DNA of 64,000 bases from a virus: positions 1-64,000 of the IMG/VR virus record IMGVR_UViG_3300036851_000176; one strand, 5' to 3'. Shown piece by piece: positions 8,730 through 18,063 of the stretch. The stretch's first letter is position 1; each line of letters opens with the position of its first letter. A program made the position numbers and the translations under genes. The notes below the pieces were generated by a model. The model did not search any database. It was not told where the DNA came from and saw only the letters and a list, made by a program, of their open reading frames with translations.

Positions 8730-9259
8730 AGTCTCGCGACGAGTGCAACTGCCTCTGCCACACGATGCCGAACGTGCGTCACGTCATGGCGTGCTGCGAC
8801 GGCCTGCCGTTTGGCGAAGGTAAGGACGCGATGATTCGCGAGGCCGATCGCCTGCTTGGGTGGGCTGAGTTCAACCTGACCAAGGGCAAGGTCGAGGCCA
8901 CACTCACCCTCATCGCCAAGGCACGGCGCGCTCTCGGAAGCGAGAGCATCAACACTCAGTTTCCTCCGCTCCCCATGGAACCGGCCGAGGCTCCGCATGC
9001 TCGCGTTCCTGTCGCCGGTCGCTTCGTGCTCCTGTCTCACCCCGACGAGGGCTACTGCACGTCTTGGGACACCTGGGAAGAGGCTAGCGTTGCGTTCGAG
9101 CGATCGGACGGGACCGGAGCGGCGCGGCGCATCCCCACAGGCAGGTTCGATCGAGACCTGACTGCGCGCATGCCAGCGGGGTTCAAGTTGTTCGACCAGG
9201 AGACCGGCCGGACGTGGCTCCCTGGCGCTCGTTACTACTGGGAGGACGCGGCAACCTAA
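8726..9259 (+). CDS. Hypothetical protein, Cys-rich N-terminus
   Basis: GTGA overlap; CNCLCH...HVMACC. Confidence 0.6.
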   Translation: MKSRDECNCLCHTMPNVRHVMACCDGLPFGEGKDAMIREADRLLGWAEFNLTKGKVEATLTLIAKARRALGSESINTQFPPLPMEPAEAPHARVPVAGRFVLLSHPDEGYCTSWDTWEEASVAFERSDGTGAARRIPTGRFDRDLTARMPAGFKLFDQETGRTWLPGARYYWEDAAT

Positions 9260-9498
9260 TGGCTGCGCGAGACTTCCCAGGATTCTCCGACGCCGAGCAG
9301 AACCTCGTCTTGAGGCTCATGCTGCACAACGCCGAGAGCCGCGAGCGGACGAGGGAAATGCTCTACAACTCGGAACGAGCGGCGCACGAGCGCACGCGAG
9401 CCGAGATGGAGCGCCTGAGCCACATGCTCGACGCACGAGACCGGCGTATGGCCTGGCTCGCGGGCGAAGAGTGGGACGACGATCAAGGAGACTGGTGA
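9259..9498 (+). CDS. Hypothetical coiled-coil protein
   Basis: TAATG overlap. Confidence 0.55.
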   Translation: MAARDFPGFSDAEQNLVLRLMLHNAESRERTREMLYNSERAAHERTRAEMERLSHMLDARDRRMAWLAGEEWDDDQGDW

Positions 9499-9713
9499 TG
9501 CCGGAACTTGCCGAGCAGCGGAATCTTTTCTCTCTGCGGGCAGACATCACGTCTGTCTGCCACGACGGGCTGCATGGACTGTGCTCGACGCGCCTCTGCG
9601 TCAACCCGGAGGACGGCTGGCACAACGCTCGCTATCAAGCGTGCGGGTGCGAGTGTCATCAGGTGCCACCGCATCTGGCGTACCTGTACTCCGACGACAA
9701 CGCGCTCGACTGA
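9498..9713 (+). CDS. Cys/His-rich small protein
   Basis: CHDGLHGLC...CGCECH. Confidence 0.55.
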   Translation: MPELAEQRNLFSLRADITSVCHDGLHGLCSTRLCVNPEDGWHNARYQACGCECHQVPPHLAYLYSDDNALD

Positions 9714-9964
9714 TGATCGACTTCAAGGACGCCGTTCTCGGCGTGGTGCAGGGTGATCCCGACGCGGCTCAACTCTTGCATCAGCTTAGAAGCACAATGC
9801 CAGCAGAGTACGAGCGGCTGGTCATGCACCTGTACGAGCGAGGCCCACGAGGTCATGCGCTCTGCGAGCAGTTCGAGGATCGGTGCGACCGAGATGTTCT
9901 CGTCCTGGGCCGGGACCTGATCGCCCGAGCCAGTGAATTTGACAAGGCAGGGTGGGATGCCTGA
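9713..9964 (+). CDS. Hypothetical protein
   Basis: TGATG overlap. Confidence 0.55.
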   Translation: MIDFKDAVLGVVQGDPDAAQLLHQLRSTMPAEYERLVMHLYERGPRGHALCEQFEDRCDRDVLVLGRDLIARASEFDKAGWDA

Positions 9965-10214
9965 AACGAATCCACACAAGAAGAAAAGCAAGGGTTGGGG
10001 TCATGAGAGTGAATACACTCGCCAGTTGCGGGAGAAATCGCTCGACAATGTGATCGTGACCGAATGCCTCTTGTGCGGCAGCAGCGTCAAGAAGCCCGCT
10101 CGCGAAGGGATCGCCTGGTTTCGTAAGCATGCAGAGACCGCTAGACATAAGCGCAACCTCGCGAAACACAAGATCACCCGTTCGGGTGATAGCGCTCCGA
10201 AGAGAAAGAGGTAA
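9957..10214 (+). CDS. Basic protein with CxxC...H...H zinc-finger-like motif
   Basis: CLLCG...RKHAETARH. Confidence 0.55.
   Translation: MPETNPHKKKSKGWGHESEYTRQLREKSLDNVIVTECLLCGSSVKKPAREGIAWFRKHAETARHKRNLAKHKITRSGDSAPKRKR
10173..10190. promoter_or_regulatory. 18-bp palindrome copy with perfectly inverted arms, inside a CDS
   Basis: ATCACCCGTTCGGGTGAT, 34 nt before ATG 10225; AATGAT-N6-ATG. Confidence 0.8.
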
Positions 10215-10224
10215 TGATCTGACT

Positions 10225-10410
10225 ATGAGCAGGGAGGAATTCAAGGAAGCAACCGGGTTCTACCCCACGCCGAACATGCTGCTTCTCGCCAACGAGATGC
10301 AGGACGTGGCAGTTCGCATGTGCCTCGAAGAGAGCGTGGACTTCACGATCCTCGCTCTCGAAGGAATCGTGATCGGTCTCCGACCGATGTCCACCGGAGG
10401 AATGAACTGA
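10225..10410 (+). CDS. Hypothetical protein (leaderless)
   Basis: Start fits the conserved promoter spacing. Confidence 0.6.
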   Translation: MSREEFKEATGFYPTPNMLLLANEMQDVAVRMCLEESVDFTILALEGIVIGLRPMSTGGMN

Positions 10411-10664
10411 TGGGACGAATTCTTATCTGGCACGACAAGCATGGCCCTGCCCACTACTCGGCTGATACCGATGTTCAGTTGCACGAAGCAGCCCTGACCG
10501 TTTTGGCCGAGCGCGTCGAGTATGGGTACATCTTCTGGCCAGAGAATGCCGAGGAGACCGCTTATGGAATTCTCGATCGCCAAGACGGGGTTGCGGCTCT
10601 GGCGTTCCTTCAAGAACGAAACGACCACGAGTACGAGAGAATCAGCATCGAGGAAACGAGATGA
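10410..10664 (+). CDS. Hypothetical protein
   Basis: TGATG overlap. Confidence 0.6.
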   Translation: MGRILIWHDKHGPAHYSADTDVQLHEAALTVLAERVEYGYIFWPENAEETAYGILDRQDGVAALAFLQERNDHEYERISIEETR

Positions 10665-10942
10665 ACGAAGGCTCCCGCAAGACTGGACACAAGATCGGCT
10701 CGAATCGCGGCATCCTTTCCGCTCGTCGTGAGCGACGGCGCGAAGAGGCCGAGGCTCGTCAGCGCGAGCACGATAAACTGACTCCCGACGAGAAGCTGCG
10801 CAAGTTGGACAAACGGCACAACGTCGGGAAGGCAAGCGGATTCTCAGAGCGAGAGCGCGCCAAGTTGCGCGCGGCTGCCGAGAAGGTCTCCCTCAAAGAG
10901 CGACGAAAGAAGAAAGGAAGAAAGAATGACTCTGTTTCCTGA
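10661..10942 (+). CDS. Basic hypothetical protein
   Basis: R/K/E-rich coupled ORF. Confidence 0.6.
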   Translation: MNEGSRKTGHKIGSNRGILSARRERRREEAEARQREHDKLTPDEKLRKLDKRHNVGKASGFSERERAKLRAAAEKVSLKERRKKKGRKNDSVS

Positions 10943-11156
10943 TTGGGAAGCCCGACACGCAATCGAGCAGATCGTCGAAGCGCTGAACAAGACTGCTCAG
11001 ACGATCGTTACCGTCGCGAACGGCGAGAGAAAAACCGCCGAGAAGTTCCTGGACCTGTTCGAGAAAATCGCGAACAATCAGACGCTACTCGCCACGGCCG
11101 TTTCAGAACTGTCCGGTCGAATCGATCGTCTGGAAAGGCTCAACGAGATCCGGTGA
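10926..11156 (+). CDS. Coiled-coil hypothetical protein
   Basis: 76-aa ORF with RBS. Confidence 0.55.
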   Translation: MTLFPDWEARHAIEQIVEALNKTAQTIVTVANGERKTAEKFLDLFEKIANNQTLLATAVSELSGRIDRLERLNEIR

Positions 11157-11533
11157 GGACCGTCGCCTGCAAAGAGTTATCCGCCAGCGAAGGCAAGGTG
11201 GTAGTTGTCGGAACCACCTGCCCCTTCTGCGGCAGGGCGCTCAGCGAGCACAAGGAAGTCGAAGATGTCCCCGAAGTCCACAAAGTCCACACGATCGAGG
11301 CGAAGGAGGTAGGCACCGATGGCGCAGTCGTCCACAAAGCCAAGCGGGAGCGAGCGGCCTGATGCCTCGATGGATGCCAAACTCAACGGCGTGGTCGTAG
11401 GGGAGAACGGCAACGTGATCGTTCCTGTCCCCTACGACAAGTCGGTCGAGGGTAAGGTGGCGTGGGCAGTCGCCTTCCCGCGAGACCACTGGACTCCCGA
11501 GTTCTGGGCGTCTTGCCGACCGGGTGAACTTTA

Positions 11534-11824
11534 ATGGGCAAGCGCGCGCCATGGGATCGCACCGTTCACGCCGAGTACCAGGACGTAGAGATCGTGCGCT
11601 ACGACCGACAGGGACACTGGTACATCGAGCCAATCGGTTTCGCAACTCTTCGGCGCCAGAAGGTCAACCTTCGGGCAGCAGTAGAGCAAGCGATCTGGGC
11701 GATCAACTATCCCGGGGTGAACGGACGAGTCTACATCGGCCTTCCGGGAGGCGGCGCATTCGATGCTCGCTTCCGCAAACTCACGGGCATAGACATCAGG
11801 CATGGTCAGGTCTACGGCCAATGA
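11534..11824 (+). CDS. Hypothetical protein
   Basis: 96-aa coupled ORF. Confidence 0.6.
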   Translation: MGKRAPWDRTVHAEYQDVEIVRYDRQGHWYIEPIGFATLRRQKVNLRAAVEQAIWAINYPGVNGRVYIGLPGGGAFDARFRKLTGIDIRHGQVYGQ

Positions 11825-12029
11825 AGCCTTGGGAGCACCCCGACGCAGCGGACCAGATTCCGAACCCCGAAGGGAGCGACGACGGCAGCGCATCGGCCAA
11901 GAATTTGTACGACCAGGGAGTCATCAAGGCGATGGAGGCAGTGCTCATCGCCATAGACTCCGGAGCATCCATCTCGCAAATCCGCGAGGCAGCGGAACAG
12001 ACAATCTCACGACTAGGAAAGGAAGACAC

Positions 12030-12458
12030 ATGAGCAGTTTCTACGAGAACCCGACCGAGAGAGGCATCGTGGCCCGAATCATCGGCTACACAGTGCTTGC
12101 TGTCATCGTGGTCGGGATCATCAGCGCAGCCCTATGGGGTGCGGGAGTTCTCTTCGCCGGACCGAAGGGTCAGGGCGAGGCGTACAAGCAGAAGGAGTCG
12201 GCGGTCAATCGCATCGAGAAGCAGGAAATGTTCGTTCAGCTCAATGAGGATTTCCAAGGCTTCATCGCGAAGATCGAGGTTGCCAAGCAGGCTTACCAGC
12301 GCGACCCGAGCGATGTCAACTCGACGAACCTCACCGGCGTGACTCAGATCTGCATCGACACGGCACAGCAGTACAACGCCGAGTCACAGAAGTACACGTC
12401 TCGCGACTTCAAGAGCGCGGGGCTTCCCTATCGACTCGATCCGGCTGATTGCCGGTAG
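12030..12458 (+). CDS. Membrane-anchored protein
   Basis: N-terminal TM helix, ATGA overlap, strong RBS. Confidence 0.7.
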   Translation: MSSFYENPTERGIVARIIGYTVLAVIVVGIISAALWGAGVLFAGPKGQGEAYKQKESAVNRIEKQEMFVQLNEDFQGFIAKIEVAKQAYQRDPSDVNSTNLTGVTQICIDTAQQYNAESQKYTSRDFKSAGLPYRLDPADCR

Positions 12459-12469
12459 GAGGACAACAC

Positions 12470-13036
12470 ATGAAGCGCTTTTCCAAGACGACTTTCGTCG
12501 TCGCCCTCGTCGCCCTCATCGTCGTGGCGGTAGCCATTGCCGGAAAGCCGAAGTGGCAGAAGGCCGACGAGAAAGTCTCGGACTACATCGCGACTGTCAT
12601 GGAGCGAGCAGTCCCGTACCCGCAGGCACAGATGAAGGACTCGCAGGAGCGCCGAAACCTGCGAGAGCGCCTGCTCCGCTTCAACAAGCAGAAGAAGATC
12701 GGCTACGTCTACCTGCTGGGAATGAACGGAAACTTCGTCGGCTACTACGCCATCAACGGCAAGGTGTCGAGCACTTCGTCTCAGCTAACGACGACTGAGC
12801 AGACCTGGGACTGCGGCAATGCAGACGGCGCATGCTCTGTCCCTTCGATCGGTGACGATGGCTCGTTCGGACCGAACGAAGGCGGCGATGACGGCGTGTT
12901 CTTCTTCACCACAAACGGAGTCCTAGTCGAGACGACCATGGACTTCATCTACTCCGACAGTCCGCTTCCTGTCCATGCGGCAAGGCTGAACCCTGCCAGG
13001 GGACAGCAGGACCTGTCGAACCGCAAAGGTCGCTGA
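12470..13036 (+). CDS. Secreted or membrane-anchored protein
   Basis: MKRFSK plus hydrophobic signal; GKVSS...DDGSFG...GVFFFT; AGGAGG RBS. Confidence 0.75.
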   Translation: MKRFSKTTFVVALVALIVVAVAIAGKPKWQKADEKVSDYIATVMERAVPYPQAQMKDSQERRNLRERLLRFNKQKKIGYVYLLGMNGNFVGYYAINGKVSSTSSQLTTTEQTWDCGNADGACSVPSIGDDGSFGPNEGGDDGVFFFTTNGVLVETTMDFIYSDSPLPVHAARLNPARGQQDLSNRKGR

Positions 13037-13037
13037 C

Positions 13038-13235
13038 CTGAAACGGATCGTGATTCTGTCGGCAGCGGTGGTCGCCTTCGCGGCCACCGCCACCGGCTGC
13101 TCAGTAGATTTTGGCCCATGCAATCAAAGCGATGGACACCGCTATCACCACAAGAGCGGAGACACCGGCTGTAACACCCCCGAACGAACCCGGAGGCATG
13201 AACGAATGATGAACCGAACGGAAGGAAGACAATGA
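13038..13235 (+). CDS. Putative lipoprotein, probable CTG start
   Basis: MKRIVILSAAVVAFAATATGC lipobox-like signal. Confidence 0.5.
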   Translation: MKRIVILSAAVVAFAATATGCSVDFGPCNQSDGHRYHHKSGDTGCNTPERTRRHERMMNRTEGRQ

Positions 13236-13837
13236 TCCCCGAGAAAACCCTCGCAGAAGCCATCCTGCGCCACGCTGACGCCTTTGAATGGTCGATCCAG
13301 GGTCTCGGCATGCTCCGGACGTACATCGACGCAGAGAAGACCCTGCGGCTTCACGTCTGGAGCCGAGAGCACGCCGTCCCAGGAGTGAGCCAGATGCACA
13401 CTCATCCCTGGCACATGAAATCTCACGTCTTGGCCGGAGTGGTCATGCAGTATCGCTACACGCTCGAAGGCACCGAGGCCGAAGTTCCCGATCGTGAAGT
13501 CACGTATCGAATGGGCCTCTACAACCGACAGTCCCTCAAGTGCGGCGTCGGCGGACACCTGGAAGAGGCTCCCGATAAAGTGTGGCTCCGACAGGGAGAC
13601 TTCGAGCAGTACAACGCTGGCGAGGCGTACACGCAGCGCGCGGACGAGATTCACGTCTCGAACCCGCTCAGCGGCACGGTCACGCTGCTCGACCGCAAGG
13701 TCCCCGAGGGAGCGAATCCTGATCTGGCCTACGTGTTCTGGCCCGCAAACGAAGAGTGGGTCTCGGCCGAGCCACGACCGGCAACCGACGAAGAGCGCGA
13801 CGAGATCATCGGCGTAGCTCTGGAGACGTGGTTCTAA
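13232..13837 (+). CDS. Cupin/double-stranded beta-helix protein
   Basis: LRLHVW...MHTHPW...DEIHVS. Confidence 0.65.
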   Translation: MIPEKTLAEAILRHADAFEWSIQGLGMLRTYIDAEKTLRLHVWSREHAVPGVSQMHTHPWHMKSHVLAGVVMQYRYTLEGTEAEVPDREVTYRMGLYNRQSLKCGVGGHLEEAPDKVWLRQGDFEQYNAGEAYTQRADEIHVSNPLSGTVTLLDRKVPEGANPDLAYVFWPANEEWVSAEPRPATDEERDEIIGVALETWF

Positions 13838-14034
13838 TGACGCGAAGAGAAAATGGTCCAACTCCTGCTCGACATCCGATCGCAGGCAACACGCAAAGAT
13901 CGGGCGTCAGAGGACAAGCCCTACCTCCTCACCGACCTGGAAATCATCGCCAGGAAGGCTCAGCAGGCCCTCGACGCGCGAGACGACGGCCCTCGCCCTC
14001 CCTTTTACGGAATGATGGAACTGGTGGGAGACTG

Positions 14035-14334
14035 ATGACCAGGATCAACGAAGAGGCTCTCGAAGCCGCTCGTCTTGCCGTCGAGGACGCTCTGATCGAA
14101 CTCAGGGATGCCCGCATCGGCATCCTGAACGGCGGCAACGGATTCGTCGTTCGCGAGTACGACGGAAAAGAGTCCTCGATCATGCGCATGAGCACGCGCG
14201 ACGGACTGCGTATTGGAATCAAGGCGTACCTGGCGGCGCTGGACGGCGAGTACGAAATGGAGCATGCTGACAACTGCAACGACTACACTGGATGCCAGGA
14301 AGGGTGCCGGTGGGTGCGAAAGGTGAGCGTATGA
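14035..14334 (+). CDS. Hypothetical protein
   Basis: TGATG overlap. Confidence 0.6.
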   Translation: MTRINEEALEAARLAVEDALIELRDARIGILNGGNGFVVREYDGKESSIMRMSTRDGLRIGIKAYLAALDGEYEMEHADNCNDYTGCQEGCRWVRKVSV

Positions 14335-14747
14335 TCCTGTTCGCGACCATTCTCGGCGCGGCCGTATTCTGCGCTCCGGCGAACGATGAAGGCCCAAGTC
14401 GGTTCTATCCAGGCTATGGGATCGTCATGGATCACACGCTTTGCCAGTCGTTGAAGCGCGCGCCAAAGGTGGATCAGAACACGGCCATCGCGGTTTACGT
14501 TCTCGCTCATGAAGAGGGTCACGCGCACGATCCAAGCGCTCTCGCCGAAGTAGAGGCTGGCGATTGCAATAGGCGAGGGAAGTGCGAAGGATTCGCCGAC
14601 TGTTGGGCTGTCGGGAACCTTGTGCTGGTCGCCCGCGCGGTCGGGTACTCGCAGAAGAACGCCCTGCGGATCCGCCGCCAAGTCCATGAATTTTTGTCCA
14701 ACGCCGTATCGAACTACGGCCCGATCCCGAGGAGCTGCTGGAGATGA
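14331..14747 (+). CDS. Secreted HExxH zinc metalloprotease-like protein
   Basis: Signal-like N-terminus; VLAHEEGHA...EGFADC. Confidence 0.55.
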   Translation: MILFATILGAAVFCAPANDEGPSRFYPGYGIVMDHTLCQSLKRAPKVDQNTAIAVYVLAHEEGHAHDPSALAEVEAGDCNRRGKCEGFADCWAVGNLVLVARAVGYSQKNALRIRRQVHEFLSNAVSNYGPIPRSCWR

Positions 14748-15089
14748 AATTCCGAGCAGAAATCGACGTGGAGATCGAGGCAGACTCAATCGAGACAGCC
14801 GACCGGCTGGCCGAAGAGGCTGCTGCGACGATCTTCCGAGCCAACAACAGCGGCACGATCGTGAGCGGCACTGTCGCCGCCGTCGCGCCCAGGAGGGAAT
14901 CATGAAGATCCAGGACCACGAAATCGAATTGCGAGAGGGAGTCGTGATCGACCTCGACAGCGACCTCCAGCGCTCTACGTTCAAGTACATCATCGATTGC
15001 GGCCTGCGCGAAATCGCCGGTCCCGGCAACGAGGCCGCATACGGACAGATGCTCGTCTGGAAGGAACTCGCCCAGGAGGGTAAGACCTG

Positions 15090-15716
15090 ATGAGCGCGCC
15101 AATGAAGGACTCTCCGCTGGTCTGGATCGATCTGGAGACAACCGGACTTGTGCCGGGTGTGGACCAGGTGATCGAGATCGGACTCGTCGCCACCGATGGT
15201 GATCTGCTTCCTCTTTTGGATGCGACGGATCGTCCGATCATTCCGTTCCAGACCATCCTCAGGCCAGAAGGTCTTCAGCTCGAGGACCTGGATCCGTTCA
15301 TCGTCGAGATGCACACGAAGAGCGGCCTGCTTCCGCAACTCTTCGATCGGGAGCCGGAGTCTGCGGCCGACCTGCTCGACCTCGATGAAGCCATCGCTGA
15401 TTGGGTACGCGTCGTGGCCTGTCAGCAAGAGGACTACCGACAGGGAGTGCTCATGGCCGGAAGCACGGTCGGTCAGTTCGACCGGCAGTTCTTCAAGATT
15501 CTCTGCCCGCAGGCGCACGCCATGTTTCAGTACAGGAACGTGGACGTGTCAAGCGTCAAGGAGATCGTCCGGCGATGGTATGGCGAGGAAGCCCTCTACA
15601 CGCATGGCAAGAAACTCCACCGTGCGCTGCCGGACATCGATGACTCGATCGCAGAACTTCGGCATTACCGAGCGGGCGCGTTCCGTTCGGAATGGAGAGG
15701 AATCACGATCAGGTAG
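15090..15716 (+). CDS. orn: Oligoribonuclease (DEDDh exonuclease)
   Basis: LVWIDLETTGL, MHTKSGL, FDRQF, DVSSVKE, HRALPDIDDSIAEL. Confidence 0.9.
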   Translation: MSAPMKDSPLVWIDLETTGLVPGVDQVIEIGLVATDGDLLPLLDATDRPIIPFQTILRPEGLQLEDLDPFIVEMHTKSGLLPQLFDREPESAADLLDLDEAIADWVRVVACQQEDYRQGVLMAGSTVGQFDRQFFKILCPQAHAMFQYRNVDVSSVKEIVRRWYGEEALYTHGKKLHRALPDIDDSIAELRHYRAGAFRSEWRGITIR

Positions 15717-16244
15717 TTGTCAGTTTAGGCAACGAAACCCTCGAGCTACCAATCCAAAATTTCGAAGGAGACTCAATGCTCGAAAACCGAAAACCAGTAA
15801 GTGAAAAGTTCCTGGCCGATCTGGAACTGAGGCTCCGAACCCTGCACGAACGCCCCGTTCTGATCGACGCCGGTCTTGTGACCGACGACGGCCATTTCGT
15901 GAAAGGCACTCGTACTGAGGAGCCGATGAGCGAAACCGCGATCCAGAGGATCGTCGAGAGTTACCGTGATCGCTGATCGCCTCAAGGAAGCGCCCGAAGA
16001 TGTCCAGGATACGTTCGCTCGCGGGCGCGCGGCGCTTCAAGGACTCGAAGTCAACGACGGCAAACTCTCAAATCTGGACGAGGACGGCGTGGAGGCTCTG
16101 CGAGAGATGCTTCTTCTGCGCCAGGAACTAGGATGGGACGACGAATGAACGATCGGATGAACAAGAAGTACATGCGAGTGAAAGCCGAGCAGTGCGCGGG
16201 TCTGCTCGCCATGCGCCAGACTTTCACACCAAAGGAGTTGAAGC

Positions 16245-16700
16245 ATGTTTAGTGAGAAATGGGAGCGCTACTTCATGGGCATGGCCCAATACGTCTCGAC
16301 CATCTCGAAGGACCCGAGCACTAAAGTCGGTGCTGTCATCGTCAACGAACTCAAAGAGATCGTCGGCACGGGCTACAACGGCTTCCCTCGCGGTGTCGAT
16401 GACCGAGAGGATCGGCTGAACGACAGGCCGACCAAGTACGCACTGGTCGTCCACGCCGAACTGAATGCGATCATTCAGGCCGGACATCGCGCTCGCGGCG
16501 GGACAATCTACGTATGGCCTCCGTTCGGACAACCTCCGTGCTGCTCCGGGTGCGCCAAGGCGATCATCCAGGCTGGCATCAAGCGAGTCGTCGGCTACAC
16601 GCCGGAAGGGACAGTTGAGCGTTGGTCGGAGGACCTGGCCGTCGCTCGTAGTCTGCTCGAAGAGGCAGGCGTGATGATGAACTACTGGAGCGAATCATGA
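16245..16700 (+). CDS. dCMP deaminase
   Basis: SKDPSTKVGAVIV, GYNGFP, HAELNA, PCCSGC. Confidence 0.92.
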   Translation: MFSEKWERYFMGMAQYVSTISKDPSTKVGAVIVNELKEIVGTGYNGFPRGVDDREDRLNDRPTKYALVVHAELNAIIQAGHRARGGTIYVWPPFGQPPCCSGCAKAIIQAGIKRVVGYTPEGTVERWSEDLAVARSLLEEAGVMMNYWSES

Positions 16701-17065
16701 ACATTCTGCTCGTAGATGACCATGACGTTGAGTCGCTTTCGTCGTTGCTCGAAATGCGCGACTACAGAGTGCAGACAGCGAAGTCGCTTCAAGGAGCGAT
16801 GGACGTACTCCTGCTCGATCAGGATGATCCTCAGTGCGACCCCGTCCACGTCGTGATCACGGATTACGACCTCGGCCCTCTGAGCAACGGTGACGGAGAT
16901 CAACTCTTGGCTGCGGTCAAGAGAAACTGGCCGACGATCGGAACGTGTCTTTGGAGTGGACTCGATCGCCCTCCGTGCGATGCTGCTGACCTCCAAATCA
17001 CCAAGATGGACATCGACGACCTCCTCGACTGGCTTAGGGAAGAGGCGCTGATTCATGGAGAGTGA
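16697..17065 (+). CDS. Stand-alone response-regulator receiver (CheY-like) domain
   Basis: ILLVDD, VVITDYDL, WSG, conserved K. Confidence 0.82.
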   Translation: MNILLVDDHDVESLSSLLEMRDYRVQTAKSLQGAMDVLLLDQDDPQCDPVHVVITDYDLGPLSNGDGDQLLAAVKRNWPTIGTCLWSGLDRPPCDAADLQITKMDIDDLLDWLREEALIHGE

Positions 17066-17071
17066 TAGAAC

Positions 17072-17326
17072 ATGATTGGCCACGAAGAATTTGCTCGCTT
17101 CCAGGCTCAGTGCTGCACAATGGAGAGCGCCGACGAAGTGCTGGCGGCGTGGGGAATCGACATGGAGGCATTCGCCATCATGGTCGATCAGTTCGCGCAC
17201 ATGCAGGCGGCTCAGGTTGAACCGATCGGGCCGTTGGCTCCGTATCAGGCTCTATACACGATGTTCCTGTCGGGGTTCGAGATGGGCTACCTGTCACGGC
17301 TCGAAGCGGAGTTGCAACAGGCATGA
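17072..17326 (+). CDS. Hypothetical protein
   Basis: 84-aa ORF. Confidence 0.55.
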   Translation: MIGHEEFARFQAQCCTMESADEVLAAWGIDMEAFAIMVDQFAHMQAAQVEPIGPLAPYQALYTMFLSGFEMGYLSRLEAELQQA

Positions 17327-17562
17327 AGACCATCGTTGCGTCCACGATCCGGCAGGCCGACCTAGCTGCTCGAATTCTTATGCTCGACCGCAAAGAGTGG
17401 CGCTATGCGAGCCGTATTGAGCACCTTAACGGCGTGTTCGCCGAGGACATCGTGATCGCGTACCCGACTCTCGGATTTGACTCAGCCATCGCGGAGATCT
17501 ATAGGTTCGCCCTTTATCGCTGCAATATGGCGATGATCGAACCAACCACGGTCACCACCTAA
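17323..17562 (+). CDS. Hypothetical protein
   Basis: ATGA overlap. Confidence 0.5.
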   Translation: MKTIVASTIRQADLAARILMLDRKEWRYASRIEHLNGVFAEDIVIAYPTLGFDSAIAEIYRFALYRCNMAMIEPTTVTT

Positions 17563-17630
17563 GCGGCATTTCTGCCTCTTCACGTACCATGACGATGTCG
17601 ATCGACAAGCAAGACGAAAGGAGCAACTGA

Positions 17631-18062
17631 ATGAAGAAGTACCTCAGGTGGCTTCCTTTGCTGCTCGCTGCGGTGTCACTGGCTTTCGCCAGTGTCGCTG
17701 TCGCGGGTTCGCTGGACAAGCCACCGTCGCCACCCGGCCAGGATCCGTGCTCGCACGGAAACACCGGCAAGCCATGCAAACCCGATCCCCAGCCAACGAA
17801 TGGCAAGGACTGCGACAAGCATGGCAACAACGGAGGGGTGAACGAGGATCACTGCGCTGGCGTAACCACGCCACCAACGACCTCGTCGAATCCGCCGAGC
17901 AATCCACCGGCGAATCCTCCGGCAAAGCCGAACACGCCTTCGACTCCCGGCAAGCCTCCGGTCAACAAGCCTCCGGTCGCAAAGCCAGGAAAGCCGAAGC
18001 CGCAGGCTCCACCCGCTCGTCCGAATCGCCCCGCAACGGCGAAGCTGGCCCACACGACCTAA
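17631..18062 (+). CDS. Secreted Cys/Pro-rich protein ending in LAHTT, candidate sortase substrate
   Basis: Sec signal MKKYLRW...AVA; four Cys; Pro-rich linker; AAGGAG RBS. Confidence 0.8.
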   Translation: MKKYLRWLPLLLAAVSLAFASVAVAGSLDKPPSPPGQDPCSHGNTGKPCKPDPQPTNGKDCDKHGNNGGVNEDHCAGVTTPPTTSSNPPSNPPANPPAKPNTPSTPGKPPVNKPPVAKPGKPKPQAPPARPNRPATAKLAHTT

Positions 18063-18063
18063 C

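Noticed and set aside
14283-15518. 411-aa - strand ORF
   Set aside because: Overlaps several well-supported + strand genes and has no recognisable motif
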